From: Octopus sinensis
Taxonomy: Eukaryota
Reading direction: 5' to 3'
DNA: 64,000 nucleotides
NCBI RefSeq assembly: GCF_006345805.1
Contig: NC_043002.1
Coordinates: 47,306,001-47,370,000 of the forward strand
Each line of letters starts with the position of its first letter. Within the stretch, counting starts at the first letter, position 1. Position numbers and translations under genes: made by a program. Under the pieces are notes generated by a model, which did not search any database, was not told where the DNA came from, and was given only the letters and a program-made list of their open reading frames with translations. Of this stretch, positions 14,836-29,256 are shown in pieces.

Positions 14836-15271
14836 TCATATGTCCTGACATATTCATTTCATCTTCTTTTTGACCCTCTTCTCTCCCCCTTTATTTGTTC
14901 CCGCCACTGTTTCAAGTTACTCCCTGCTCACTCTCCACCCATATCCCCATCATTTATTCGCTCTCTCTCTCTCTCCCTCTCCCTCTCTCTCTCCCACTCT
15001 GCAGCTACGAACAAATCATACATGCAGTGACACAACCACCACAAGGAAGAATATATAAAGTGCTGCAAAGACATCGAGAAACTGGACGACACCAATATCG
15101 GTTGTCAAGTGGTGGTGGTGGTGGTGGTGGTAAGGGACAAACACCCACATACATGTATATATAAATAAATATGTATATACAACGGGATTCTTCCAGTTTC
15201 CGTATAGAAAATCCACTCAAAAGGCTTTGGTCGGCGACGAAAGCTTTTTACCAGACAGCAATACCTATATA

Positions 15272-15487
15272 CGAGAGGATCTTGAAAAGTTCCTGGCTTT
15301 AAGAGTATTACGAAAGGCCTGTTTGGAAGCCCAACTTTCTAAGTTCTTCTACAGGACTTGAAAAACTGAAGGACCGCTGCAATTAGTGTGTTTATCTGAG
15401 AGAGAACTACATTGAATAAAATCATAATTAACTGATCCTCTTGTATTTTCTTTCACCCAAAGCCAGGAACTTTTCAGCACATCCTCG
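15272..15487. mobile_element. Mariner-derived MITE
   Basis: TA-cgagaggatcttgaaaagttcctggcttt ... aaagccaggaacttttcagcacatcctcg-TA. A related partial copy lies at ~37870-38035. Confidence 0.8.
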
Positions 15488-16149
15488 TAGATATAATTTT
15501 CAAAAATTCTCCAGGATCACGGCTGAAGGAAATATCTCCGACGAAAATTCTTTTTAATAATTATATATTTAAAACACAAATCTTTTCTCGTCCCCTCTCT
15601 CTATCACTTCGCGCTCCTTGTCTCTATACGCATATAGGTATATATGTGTCCTTCCATCTTTACTCAACTAGGTTTGCTCTATATTTCGAGTAACGCTCTC
15701 TTCATATCTCTCTCTCAGTTTATTTACTTACTTTTCTTTATGCACTCTCCTCCCAACCTAAGTCGCACTTTACCCCTTTATAACCCTTCATATACTTACT
15801 GAGTCTCCACTCTCCCCCATTTAATCTCCTCTCTCTTTCTCCCTCCCTGCTTGTTGCTCTCCTCTCAATGTTTTCATCCTCTCTTCTCTTGGTCCCTTCT
15901 CTCCATTTCACTTGATCTTCTCTCTGTCTCAGTCTGCTCTGTCTTTTGCCCACTTACAACAACAGTGCAACCATGAACGACGAGCATATTCATATTTAGA
16001 GAGATGTAAAAACTGAGAAAGAAAAGGAAACAAAAGCTCACAAGAGAATCAGCCCCAGCACCACCTCCCAAAGCAGCGAAGGAAAATAAAGAGTGATAAA
16101 ACCGAATTTAAACTTAAAACAAAAAGAAAAGGTAAAAGGAAAAATAAAA

Positions 16150-17143
16150 TAAACAAGAAAGCGGTACAAATTCTACATAAAAGGTGTCTGCTGGCATAGT
16201 GAAGAACTAGCGCTTTGAGCAGCCAAACGTATCTTATGGCAAAATCACTCTCTACTCTAGATAGAATGAAACCACCCACAGGGGAATCTGCATCCTAATG
16301 CACACGTACAGTACAGAAAAACCACCAAAAAAGTTGTTTGTAGATGGAGTGTAAGCAGCAAAACGTCTAAGTGTGGCATACAATAGAGTATAGCAGGTGG
16401 CCTGGTTACAAACAAAACAAAGCCACGCATACCCACACACAAGATTGCCACAAATAATAGATCCCGGATGTTCACTGTTGTCGTGAAGTCGACCGTCACA
16501 CTAACTCTACTGATAAGTATCAGAGACTTCTTGCAAAACAACAGCAAACGCATAACTGCGTACCTGAGGGATTTTTTGCATACTGTCAAGTCATATGCAT
16601 TGCACTTACAGATGCACGTCTGTCTACAAACATAAATGATGCAGTGATACAGAAATCAATGTATGTTGCATTCCTTACTGATGGAAGAGAAATGAGTCAC
16701 ACTGGTGTTACGTGTACATACATGAAAATGTCACACTATTAACCATGTAGCCACATTCAAACTCGTTTAAAGATGTTTAAAGATGTCCATCCAATACCTC
16801 AAATCATAATGTTAAATTTGAGGAACACCTTACAATGATAAAAGAAATATCAACGAAAGTAGATCAATGCATAAATATAATTCGGACGGATGACTTCAAC
16901 TTGCCCCAAAGCAGATGGCCAAAAGGCGACATATTCTCAAGGATGACAGTCACATTCCTGGAAGAAAATAACTTGTTCAAAAGTATACAACATGGCTTCT
17001 GTCAATGGAAGAACTGGTTCACACAACTACTGCAGTATTGTGATTCATCATGACTGAGTACTGAAACAGCTCAACCACTCAAATGTGGGTGTGATATATC
17101 TCGATCTTGCCAAAGCCTTCGGCAAAGTTGATCATAGAATGAT

Positions 17144-17145
<2 letters not shown>
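16150..17145 (+). pseudogene. Highly decayed CR1-like LINE remnant
   Basis: DDFNLP (APE motif), FLEENNLFKSIQHGF, TQLL and IYLDLAKAFGKVDH (RT motif). An upstream Cys/His-rich stretch may be an ORF1 remnant. Confidence 0.65.
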
Positions 17146-17189
<44 letters not shown>

Positions 17190-17193
<4 letters not shown>

Positions 17194-17602
17194 GATTCAC
17201 TTGAATTACTTAAACTGAGGCACCAAGTCAGTCCAGTATGGTCCATACAGCTCGAAGTTAGGTGAATAAAAAGCAAATACGTAACAAGGATGTCAAGTTA
17301 TCAGTGCATTACGGCCGTTTCAAGTGGGTCCATTTAATTGATCAATGAAAACATTACATCAATTTGAAATAAATTGTTTGCCTCGGAAGCATACGATCAT
17401 ACAGATTTCCAACATACAGGATACACCATTATAATTTGCCAAAAAATTAAAATGATGTATCCTGTATGTTGGAAATCTATATGGTCGTATGCTTCCGAGG
17501 TGAACGGTTTATTTCAAAATTGATGTAATGTTTTCATTGATCGATTAAATGGAGCCACTTGAAACAGCCGTAATGCACTTGCACCTGGAATCCTTGTTAC
17601 TT
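17190..17602. mobile_element. PLE-type fold-back insert in (TA)n with degenerate hammerheads in both arms
   Basis: Imperfect inverted arms ~17279-17437 / 17444-17600. Both arms read outward as TGCTT-CCGAGG..long hairpin..CACTT-GAAAC(G/A)GCC-GTA-ATGCA. Confidence 0.65.
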
Positions 17603-17609
17603 ATATATA

Positions 17610-17654
<45 letters not shown>

Positions 17655-17663
17655 ATATATTAT

Positions 17664-17720
<57 letters not shown>

Positions 17721-17877
17721 TTGTGTGTGTGTGAGTGTGTAAAATACAGTATAATAAATGTGAAAATTAATTTCTGTGTCACACTTTGACCCTCTCTCTC
17801 ATTCATCAATGACACTTCTACTATTCCTCATGGTGGGATGAAAGTAATATTAGGCATAGAGACGGTGAGGATGGTGG

Positions 17878-17917
<40 letters not shown>

Positions 17918-18383
17918 AAAGAGTAGGGTAGAGACAAAGAGAAAAACAGAGGAAGAGAAAGACAAAGAAATTTAGGGAGAGCTGATGATGTTTTATTAAA
18001 AGTAGTAGTGTTGATGGTGTCAGTGGGAGGGATAATAAGAGAAAGAGTGGTTCTGTGAGAAAAAGAATGAGATGATGTACAACTTTGTTTAACCATGTCT
18101 CTTTGATAGAAATTCCTGTGGCTAACATACTGAATACAGAACCAACATACTGAACACTGAATTCTTTTACAAACGCATTTAGCCTTTTGTTTGATTATTT
18201 TTGTTTTATTTTTCCTAGGAAAGACTTCTTTTTCTGTCGAGGGCTTCTATGGCCCATTATTAGACTATTTTCCTTAGACATTGCATGGTAATCGCCATAA
18301 GCTTTAAGCTTATATAAAAAATACCATTTTTATTATTTACAGGATAGTAAAATACGGCACCGTGTAACAAAACCATTCGCACC

Positions 18384-18456
<73 letters not shown>

Positions 18457-18513
18457 TGATAGATCGTTAGCCACTACACACATCTTTTTTCTCTCCTTGT
18501 TTTTTCTGTGTCC

Positions 18514-18549
18514 CTTTCTGTGGAAGAGCGTAGGCTCGAAACGTAAGAG
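18514..18549 (+). ncRNA. Minimal hammerhead-like motif with variant core (CUGUGGA)
   Basis: CTTT-CTGTGGA-A-GAGC[GTAG]GCTC-GAAAC-GTA-AGAG. Stem III is the loopless palindrome ACGT. It lies in a ~180-bp element between microsatellites, and a related copy lacking the core is at ~10553-10695. Confidence 0.5.
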
Positions 18550-18630
18550 AGTTTTTCTATTACTGAGCGTTATACTAATACATCTGTTGTTTTGTACACC
18601 ACCTGTCTTCGTCTTTTGTTTTTTCGTAAA

Positions 18631-18698
<68 letters not shown>

Positions 18699-18745
18699 GT
18701 ATGTATGTATATATATGTATGTATGTATGTATGTATATATATATG

Positions 18746-18779
<34 letters not shown>

Positions 18780-19124
18780 TAAACCAGCTTAGAGAAGAAG
18801 GAGAAACTAAACGAAACGAAACGAATCGAATCGAATCGACGCGAAGGCACTCAGTCATACAATAGTGTAATAAATAAAATATATGCATGCATACAAACAT
18901 ATATGTACGTACCTACATCTACATGTATATATACATGCATATATAAATATATATACGTGTGTACAGGACACCACAAATAGACATAGAACTCAACGAGAAA
19001 CGAAAACGTAAAATTAGCATGGAACGGACCATTTTTTAACAACGAAAAAACAGAGTACAAGACAACTACACAAGGAAAAATCCCCTTCATCAGCTGTCCC
19101 TAGTTCAACACCAGCGTGTTTCGA

Positions 19125-19195
<71 letters not shown>

Positions 19196-19949
19196 TATAT
19201 ATAATATACACAACACATTAGCTGAAATAAAGTTTCCCCCAAATTAAACATATCTCATATAGTAAATGTGATTGTCAGCGTGTCACACTTTTTCAACATT
19301 AATAAATCCTTTCTTCTGGAAGCACAAGGCCTTAAATTTTATTTATACCATGCTATTCTATTTCAAAATGCGAACTAATTATTGTTTTACGAACATACCT
19401 CCAAGTAAGTTTAAATATTCATTGCTTTATATATTAATTGATAGTTGATCTCAGCATGATCAAGTCTCAGTTTTAGAGTCAGTACTTTGCCGCTAATTCG
19501 AATTTGTAAGTTATGCAGTAGATTCTAATTTAGAGCAAGATATGATATCCCATCTCATTTCATAGATGAGAATCAAATACTAGATATTTGAATTATATGA
19601 ATTATATACTCACTGCATTTCAGGCGATTAATTTCTTGATTTCCACGACTTTTTATCTGTCCATTGAGCATTTGAGTACAGAGGTGAATATTCTGAACAC
19701 GTCTGTAAAAGATTATTAATAACAATTAATGAAATACTTAAATCAGATACCTTCAATATTATTTCATTATAACAGGAACACAGAAATAGCAACCGAACAT
19801 CCCACAAATCACACCCCACAGTCTTAAAAATAATGAGAGTTTGAATAATTTATATTATGTCTAGAATACAAACATTTGGAACACTTTTTATCATAGATCT
19901 GCTTAACCAATGTTGACATATAACTAAAGAACTACGAATTCCACCTTTC

Positions 19950-21720
19950 AATTTGGTCTCGTGTCAGTGGTTCATGTATTGTGTATTGTCTGGATGAAAT
20001 CAATGGAGACTAATTTTTCGTCATTGAAAGAATCTCATAGACTCGGTTCTCAAACTCCACAGTCCTCTTCTAAGATTCTTCAGTATCCATATTCCTTCGT
20101 TGAAATTCATCTAGGAAATGTAGAGAGTGAATGTTTACCTACGAGTTTGGTTATTCTAACAGTCTGCTCATCACATGGTCCTGATGATCTTTATATTGCA
20201 GTATCCCATTTACGGATAAAAACCATAATCAATAAATACCGTTGTCAAAACCTGAGATGTATTCACTTAGTCATATAGTTACTGAATATTTTAAAAAGCT
20301 AGCTAATGCTGTGATGGTTCGCTGCAAACTTATTCTGAAGGAACAAACTATTTCTATTTGTTCCTCAATTTTGTGAGGCTTTAGAGTTCGTTCATAGCAC
20401 TAGTGGTAACAATCGACTCTGACATCTAAATTTACAGTAGGACAAGCTTATAAATAGCAACCGTTTTCTTTATTGACAAATGAAGATGGCTGTATAATTT
20501 CTTTTCTTCTTACTTGTTTCTCAGGGCAAGTGTATAGACACTGATAAAAAAGCAAGGGAAATTTTTAAAATGCAAGGGAATTTAAAATCCATTCGCTTAC
20601 TCTTAAAAGCTAGATTAATTGCATGGATCTGGTTTTCTGTCTCGATCTTCCCTGAAAAACATGTAGCCATCGTCTAGTTCATAAGGTTTAATCATCTATA
20701 CTAATCTTGCCCTGCCAGTTTTATTGCTACGAGGTCTGGTTTCTAGAAAAGACTTGTTCTGTTGCCTCTGTCAAATAAAGTATGCATGCTCTATGCATAA
20801 AGAATGAGTGCTTCCTTTATTTTTCCTTCCGTTTAATCTTGACCACAAAAAGTAGGCTAACTACTTGCCTTGATCAGCTGGCTATTTGTTATTGTTGTGG
20901 TTTCTGCTGCTGTAGTTCACTGTTTGGCCTCAGGCTGAGCCTCATCAATAATTTTTAGATAATAATACGAATTGTTTGCAGTTAAGTGACTAAGTAATGA
21001 CTTCTCCATTGGCTCGTTAATTTGAAGAACAGCTAACGTTTCGAACGCTTTTGATAGTCCTTTGTGCTACTAATGAGCATTGACAATTCTAAAGAAGCTT
21101 TCACATTAGTCTCCAGAATACACCTAACTTCCTTTCTGCCATGGGGTACAGAGAAGAGAGACCACACAACCACACGCAGTGGTATGCAGGTCCAAAACTA
21201 TGACTTTCAGTTTTAATATCACCCGTCGTCATGCTCTTTCTCTATCATAATGGATCTTTATCGGGGTGAGGGAGAGGAGTACTCAAAATTTTATCCGTTA
21301 AGGATTGCACTCAATAACTCCTACTCTCGTGGTCATAAAGGCTAGACTCAATAATATTTTTGAACTCGTTATTTCTTTTGCCTCAATAGAAGTTGATGTT
21401 CAGGACTCTGCTGAATCATTTGAATCACTTCGTTACTTTCATCAAACCAGCATGACGAAATAGTTTTGGCATTCAGATATGAGCAGTTCCCTATTTTCAA
21501 TTGTTTTACATCTATTAGATTGCCTCTTTTGGACAGCCTGTTGAAATGGGTTAGCAGATTGTGTTAATTGATGTATGCTATATTTTCTCAGTAGCATAGA
21601 TGAGAGATGGTGGAGACCAAATGTGTATGACTTACTGTGAAATACGTATTCTCAACCCATCAGAGATTCTATACCCTCTAGAGCCCACATGATTATGAGT
21701 AAATAGCATCTATATCTTCA
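19950..21720 (-). pseudogene. Possible extremely decayed LTR-retrotransposon (Gypsy-like) pol remnant
   Basis: Only scattered weak motifs (e.g. MSESIVTT resembling integrase PETIVSDN). No ORF. Confidence 0.25.
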
Positions 21721-22301
21721 GTGTAAGTTATAAAATATCAAAATATAAGGGAAAACATTCGGAGTGTGTTGCTTAAAACAGCCTGATAGATCATTTGTTT
21801 TTCTGCTGGTTGTTACCTCCAACTAATAGTATTAAATGCTGCATCCTGACACTACTTCGGCCTACCTAAAGTTTGTTGAAATGGGATCTCAGTATCAAGT
21901 AGGCCACGATTTCTATACATCGCGCTTGGATTCATTCATTGCTTAATCGCAAAAGAAGTATACACCAATCTATGTGTGTGTATTTTGTGCTTCTTCATGT
22001 TTTTTGTGCTTCTGCATGTTTTTTGTACTTTAATTTTTAGTTTCCTGCGTATTTTTGTATGATTCTGTATTTTCTGTGTTTTCATTAGATTTTGTTTTTA
22101 TTTTTTATTGCTTATGTTTATATTTGCATATACTTACTGACAATCTGTCGTGGCATACTCGTCTAGAAAATCGCGGCACTCTCTGAAGTTATTTTGGGTT
22201 TCAATTATTTTACCAGCGCCTACAACTGACAACAATATGTAACCAATGAATGTACTGAATATAAAAAAATTGTGATATTTATGCATGTATCCATATACAT
22301 A

Positions 22302-22348
<47 letters not shown>

Positions 22349-22564
22349 TATATATATATACATATATACAAAATAAGAAAATGGAGAAATACATCTAAAT
22401 CAATTATCAACTACCAGATAATACCCAATCACATACTTTATTAAACCACTACATATGAACATTAAGGTCAAACATAATAATATAGAACAAAACAGTGTAC
22501 ATGAAGGAGTAATATGATACAATAAGTACAATATGTATAAGAGAATATAAATATAAATATAAAC

Positions 22565-22695
22565 TAATCTTACAGCTGTTTCGGCCATGTAGATATGGGT
22601 GTCTCATTTTACTTATATTAGCCATGTGTGATAGGTCAATATGTAGTTATAAATGAGACATTTACAAAAATATCCCAAGGCCTCTTCGGAGATTA
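22565..22695 (-). ncRNA. Type I hammerhead ribozyme, CCGAAGA core, ~100-nt stem II
   Basis: Minus strand: TAATCT-CCGAAGA-GGCC..GATAT..TGTCTCATTT..AAATGAGACA..ATATC..GGCC-GAAA-CAGCTG-TA^AGATTA. 6-bp stem I, palindromic stem III ACAGCTGT. Confidence 0.8.
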
Positions 22696-22803
22696 TGAAA
22701 TACAGACCAAATTAAATATACACCCATATAAGTGGGGTACATACCCATAATATATCATATATACATACATATGAGTGCATATACTCCTATATATATATCT
22801 ATA

Positions 22804-22874
<71 letters not shown>

Positions 22875-23773
22875 CATAATAATATAAATAATATAAATCA
22901 ATAAACATACATATGTTCCATATTCAATGTTACAGTTTTCAACTTAATATTATGATATTACAATGTAGAAAACATACACATATTAATACTCAAATGCAGA
23001 TATACATAGTCAAGAGTACATTATATTAATTTATATTAATTTAGAAAATGTCATTAATGTTAACATCATTACTATTATCATTACCACTAATGCTACCAAT
23101 ATCATTATTCTTATTATTAGTAACACTAATACTAGCAAAACAATATAAAGATCACATTATTAGCAACATAATAGCAAAACCAAGAACAACAATAGTACTA
23201 CAGTACCATGCAAAGCATTAAATATCTACATATACATACAAAATGAGAAATAAAAGCATTTTGTTTACATGATATTAAGTTCCACAGGTGTATAGATGTA
23301 TATACGAGTGCAATTTATAATTTCAACTGTGACACAAAAACAGAATTACGTTCAGAAATAGTTAAGAATCGAACGCTAAAATATGATTGGCTTGTACATT
23401 TAAATTTAAATTACAATTGTCTTCTTTACGGTTGGTTTGTTAAGCAACATCCACACACGCACACTTGCAAACGTGCACCCACACGCACATACATAGACAA
23501 ATCACAACATAAGAGATACCAGCCCCCCACACACACATGCTTACATACAAATCTACTCACATACAACCATAAAAATGCATACATGCAAGCACACAGACAT
23601 CTATACCCAGTCGATGTACGTTATTATCATAAAATACATAATTAAAATAACACCCTATATTTCGTAAACAAATTATCGTGCCACTGAAACTTCTATATCA
23701 TTACAATTTCGACTGTTTCTATTCAAATTTTCACTAATAAACCAGCACAGGCATGGGAAAACTATACCAACAT

Positions 23774-23821
<48 letters not shown>

Positions 23822-24109
23822 ACACACACAGAGGCGGGGATAAATAAACATTTGTACATAAAAGTATTTAATGAATATTTTGCATAATTTAATCATTATA
23901 TTTTTAAAAGAATTTCAACATTATCGATTCTTCAGTGCCTTAATCTTAAATGTTAATATTACAAAAACCTCACAGTTCACTGAGGGTTAAATAAGAATGT
24001 AAGTACATTCTTTTTATGATATTGATATACATCTATGAAACTTTGAAATGATTAAATTTATTTCAGTTCTTCTGATTTATGCTTTGTTGTATATAAAGTA
24101 GATAATATA

Positions 24110-25339
24110 CGAGGAGTGTTCATCAAAGATTTCCCCTGACCCACTTCCCAAGGACTTGGATAGATGAAACTTGGTATAATTATTAGTCCTGCACTACATA
24201 GCCACCACCAATGGTGACACACTTCTCCCATCACTTTATGCAGCTGTGAAAACCTCACCTGTAAAAGTCGGTAGGTTGTATCTGGAACTAAGACTTTACC
24301 TCGGATATAAGTTCATCATCATCCGAAAAGTGTCTCCTGTTCAATGGTTGGAAAGCGGCGGAAGTCAGATGGTGCGCGATCGAGAGAGTAAGGGGGATGA
24401 GGAAGGATTTCATAGCGGCAGAAGTGTCCTTTCATCTGGGCAGCATGTGCATTGTGAACTGGGGTGTTGTCTTGGAGGAGGCGGACTCCTTTGCTCAGCA
24501 TGCCGTGCCTTTCTGCTTTCATGGCGTCCTACAATTTCTGCAGCAGAGAAGCATAATATTGAGGTGCCCTTTGTCAGAAAATTTATCATCACTACTTCAC
24601 GCTGGTCCCAAAAGACGGAGCATCAAATGGCCTGCTGAGAGTTGGGCACGAGCCTTCTTTAGAGGTGATGAATTATCATGCTTCCATTACTTCGCCTGGA
24701 CTTTAGTTTCAGGATCATGTTTCACCCTGTGTGTTAAGTCTGCCGAAAAAGTCCTCGTTTTCTTGGCACATTGCCAAAAGAGCCTGGGAGCAATTGACTC
24801 GTTCCTGGTTCTGGAAAAGTGTGAGCATCCGGGGAATCCATGGTGCAGTCAATTTCCGCATGTACAAATGGTGATGAATGATTTTTTCCACGGACCGTAC
24901 AGTTATCTTTACTTCTTGTGCTAGCTGCTGAATAGTTATGTAGCAGTCCTCCAAAATGGCAGCTTCCACTTTATGGATGGTGTCATCATCAACGGCGGAA
25001 CGTGGTCGTCCAGGAATAGGAACAGTTTCCACCAATGTCCGACCACATTTGAACTGGTGATGCTAGTGCTTGACTACGTCGTATGATGGTGCATCGTCAC
25101 CATAAACTTCTTTCATCTCATCGAAAGTCTCTTTTGGTGTACGACCTTTCAAGTATAAGAACATAATCACTGATCTGCATACAACTGCCCCCATTATAAC
25201 ACCTTAGTCCACTTCAGTAGCCATAACAAACAAACAAACAATGTGACATGTAGAGACACGTATAATTATATCTGTACAAGTTCCATTTCTCGCAATAACT
25301 GGAAGTGGATCAGGGTAAATTTTTAATGAACACCCCTCG
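24110..25339 (-). mobile_element. Full-length decayed mariner element (1230 bp)
   Basis: TA TSDs and ~40-bp TIRs (cgaggagtgttcatcaaagatttcccctgacccacttcca / tggaagtggatcagggtaaatttttaatgaacacccctcg). Motifs GRPRS, WIPRML, QDNTPVH and HPPYSLDRAPSDF. Confidence 0.92.
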
Positions 25340-25417
25340 TAATTACATGTCTTAGCATTAATCACTGTTTGATTTTGACATCCTAGATTTTGTCAGCTTC
25401 ACTGTTAATTCTGACCT

Positions 25418-25825
25418 CGAGTGGCTGTGTGGTAAGTAGCTTGCTAACCAACCACATGGTTCCGGGTTCAGTCCCACTGCGTGGCATCTTGGGCAAGTGT
25501 CTTCTGCTATAGCCCCGGGTCGACCAATGCCTTGTGAGTGGATTTGGTAGACGGAAACTGAAAGAAGCCCGTCGTATATATGTATATATATATAAGTGTG
25601 TGCATGTGTTTGTGTGTCTGTGTTTGTCTCCCTAGCATTGCTTGACAACCGATGCTGGTGTGTTTACGTCCCCGTCACTTAGTGGTTCGGCAAAAGAGAC
25701 CGATAGAATAAGTACTGGGCTTACAAAGAATAAGTCCCGGGGTCGATTTGCTCGACTAAAGGCGGTGCTCCAGCATGGCCGCAGTCAAATGACTGAAACA
25801 AGTAAAAGAGTAAAGAGAGTAAAGA
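25418..25825 (+). mobile_element. tRNA-derived SINE (family C)
   Basis: A box tggctgtgtggta, B box ggttcagtccc, tail with agtaaa repeats. An inverted homologue lies at 41390-41817. Confidence 0.85.
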
Positions 25826-27050
25826 GTATAACCAAGAATGCTATATTCAACTTCCCATTTATAGAGAATGAACTTTTGCATTTCCTACTGTAAATTTAAA
25901 CTCACATTGATGAACTAAATCAAGAAGCCTCATCTTAACTGTTTGACCTACTAGAAATGGTAGCCATATCTCTCTGAAATGAACTTATTATATAGGATCA
26001 CCTGAGGTACACTACGAATGTAAAAGTAGAGGTAGCCATACAAAGAACACCGGTATAAAAGGTATGTTCTATCATGGTGTTTTATTTGTCCGTCCATCAA
26101 AAGCAAATACATGAATATATACGTATATGTATATCCGTGCTTTTGTGATTGCGTGCGTTTTTCCTTTGTTTTACTTCTGTCGATTCATATTATACTTTAA
26201 TCAAAATATATGAGATATATTATTTTCTTTATAAAATATGTAAATTTTGAAGCTACATCAAATCAATACATAGACGTTAACGAACAGTTTGTACCTACTC
26301 TGCAAGCACTTATATGCATGTGTAGTTTAGTCATAGCTAGTGGTTCAAATTTCAGCTTGCTAAGTGAATGGGTTCCTAGTAACTTATATGCGTGCCTAGC
26401 CTGCTCGTTGCTCATTGATCAAAATTCAAGAAACTGTTTGCTATTCAGTTTGTTCATATGAAGAACTGCTCGTATATGGTCACCCCAATTCATTCCCATT
26501 CTTTCTGCAGTCAGTAATAACACATTCTAATTTTACAAAAGATTTTCAAAATACTGTAGAAGTCGTTTCTTATACTCACTGACCATGCAATCAAATGGTT
26601 ATTGTTATCAATATATAAGGGTCCACATACAGCATGGATAATGAATTGAAAGTTATCCGCTTATCGAAATTAAAGCTCCACTTGCTATCAAAATTTTTTA
26701 GTAGATCCCTAAAAATTCACAACTTTTTAATATCATACTTATGGTGATATATCAAAATCAAATGAACCAAGTGCAGTGAAAGGTAAGTGCTGTGGTGGTG
26801 GTAATGGTGGCGGTGATGACCATCGTGGGGATGATAGCGGTAATCGAGACGATGCTAGTAGAATCATATATTGGTGCTGGCAGATAAGATACTGGTGTGT
26901 TAAGTTGGTTGATGTAATTGGCAATATTGGAATATATACACATTTTTGAATTTACATGTAAATCAAAGCTTTTTATTATAGTCACTGATAATGTTATCAA
27001 ACGAATATTGTTACCAAAAATAAATGTGACCTACATTCTTTAGTTCAAAC

Positions 27051-27581
27051 AGGAGGTGTCCTCCTGGGGCTACAAACTACATTAGCATCCACCCTTAGGG
27101 GTTAGCCATATTTAAATGGCAAATATACGTCACGATGTGTTGCAGCTACTGTTTATAACTCGCTCTAAGATTTATTATTGCTTGTTTACACTTTTTCGAT
27201 ATCAGTGTCTTTACGATACTGGAAAAAGTATATGTATTTGTGAAGGGAACCTACTTTTCATGGACAACTGTGATTGTCACACGCCGATGACGGGTCAATA
27301 CTCAGAAACTCGAGTCTGTGTGTATCATAAGTTGGAGACGGGAAGGATGGCTTCCCTTTGCAAATACTGATAGGGCACAGAAAGTGTGTCTATAGCCAGC
27401 TGGAGGAGGTGTCCTCCTGGGGCTACAAACTACAGTAGCATCCACCCTTAGTGGTTAGCCATATTTAAATGGCAAATATACGTTACGATGTGTTGCAGCT
27501 ACTGTTTATAACTCGCTCTAAGATTTATTATTGAGTAAAAAGCTATCCACTTATAAGTATCAAAGGTCCAGAACTCTTACA
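27051..27581 (+). repeat. 130-bp direct repeat (27051-27180, 27404-27533); second copy looks like a short LTR (TG 27410 ... CA 27581) behind a purine tract
   Basis: Near-identical copies with period 353. ggaggagg lies directly before TG, and agtaaa is at 27534. Confidence 0.55.
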
Positions 27582-27992
27582 TCCCCCGCTTAGTGTTATT
27601 AACATATTACTTTTATCAACATGTTATCATCCAAAAGTGATTACAATAAATAGCTTCCATAGTGTTAGCAGTAATAATTTCTATTCTCGGCCTAAGAAAT
27701 ACGTTGTGTCCTTAAACAACGCACTTCATTTTATATAGCTCCAGTTCATTCAGCTAAAATGAGTAACTGCGTTACCTTGAAGGTTAAATCAGTAATGGAC
27801 TGGTGTCCCATTCAGCGAGGGAGTTTTCTATTTTTAATCGCTTCAGCCTCACGAAAATCAGGATAAAATCCAATTTAAAGGGCCTATAGGTTCAAGGTAC
27901 ACTTTATCATCCTTTAAATTGATACATGCATACATACATGTATGTGTACATAAGTCCTTATTTACATTTATGTATGGCTATATGCAATTATG

Positions 27993-29124
<1,132 letters not shown>

Positions 29125-29154
29125 CATATATATGTATATATATATATATATGTA

Positions 29155-29256
<102 letters not shown>

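Noticed and set aside
19070-19125. Minus-strand GAAACAC..GTGTT followed by CTGATGA (possible type II hammerhead)
   Set aside because: No stem I pairing and stem II does not close, so a valid fold cannot be built.
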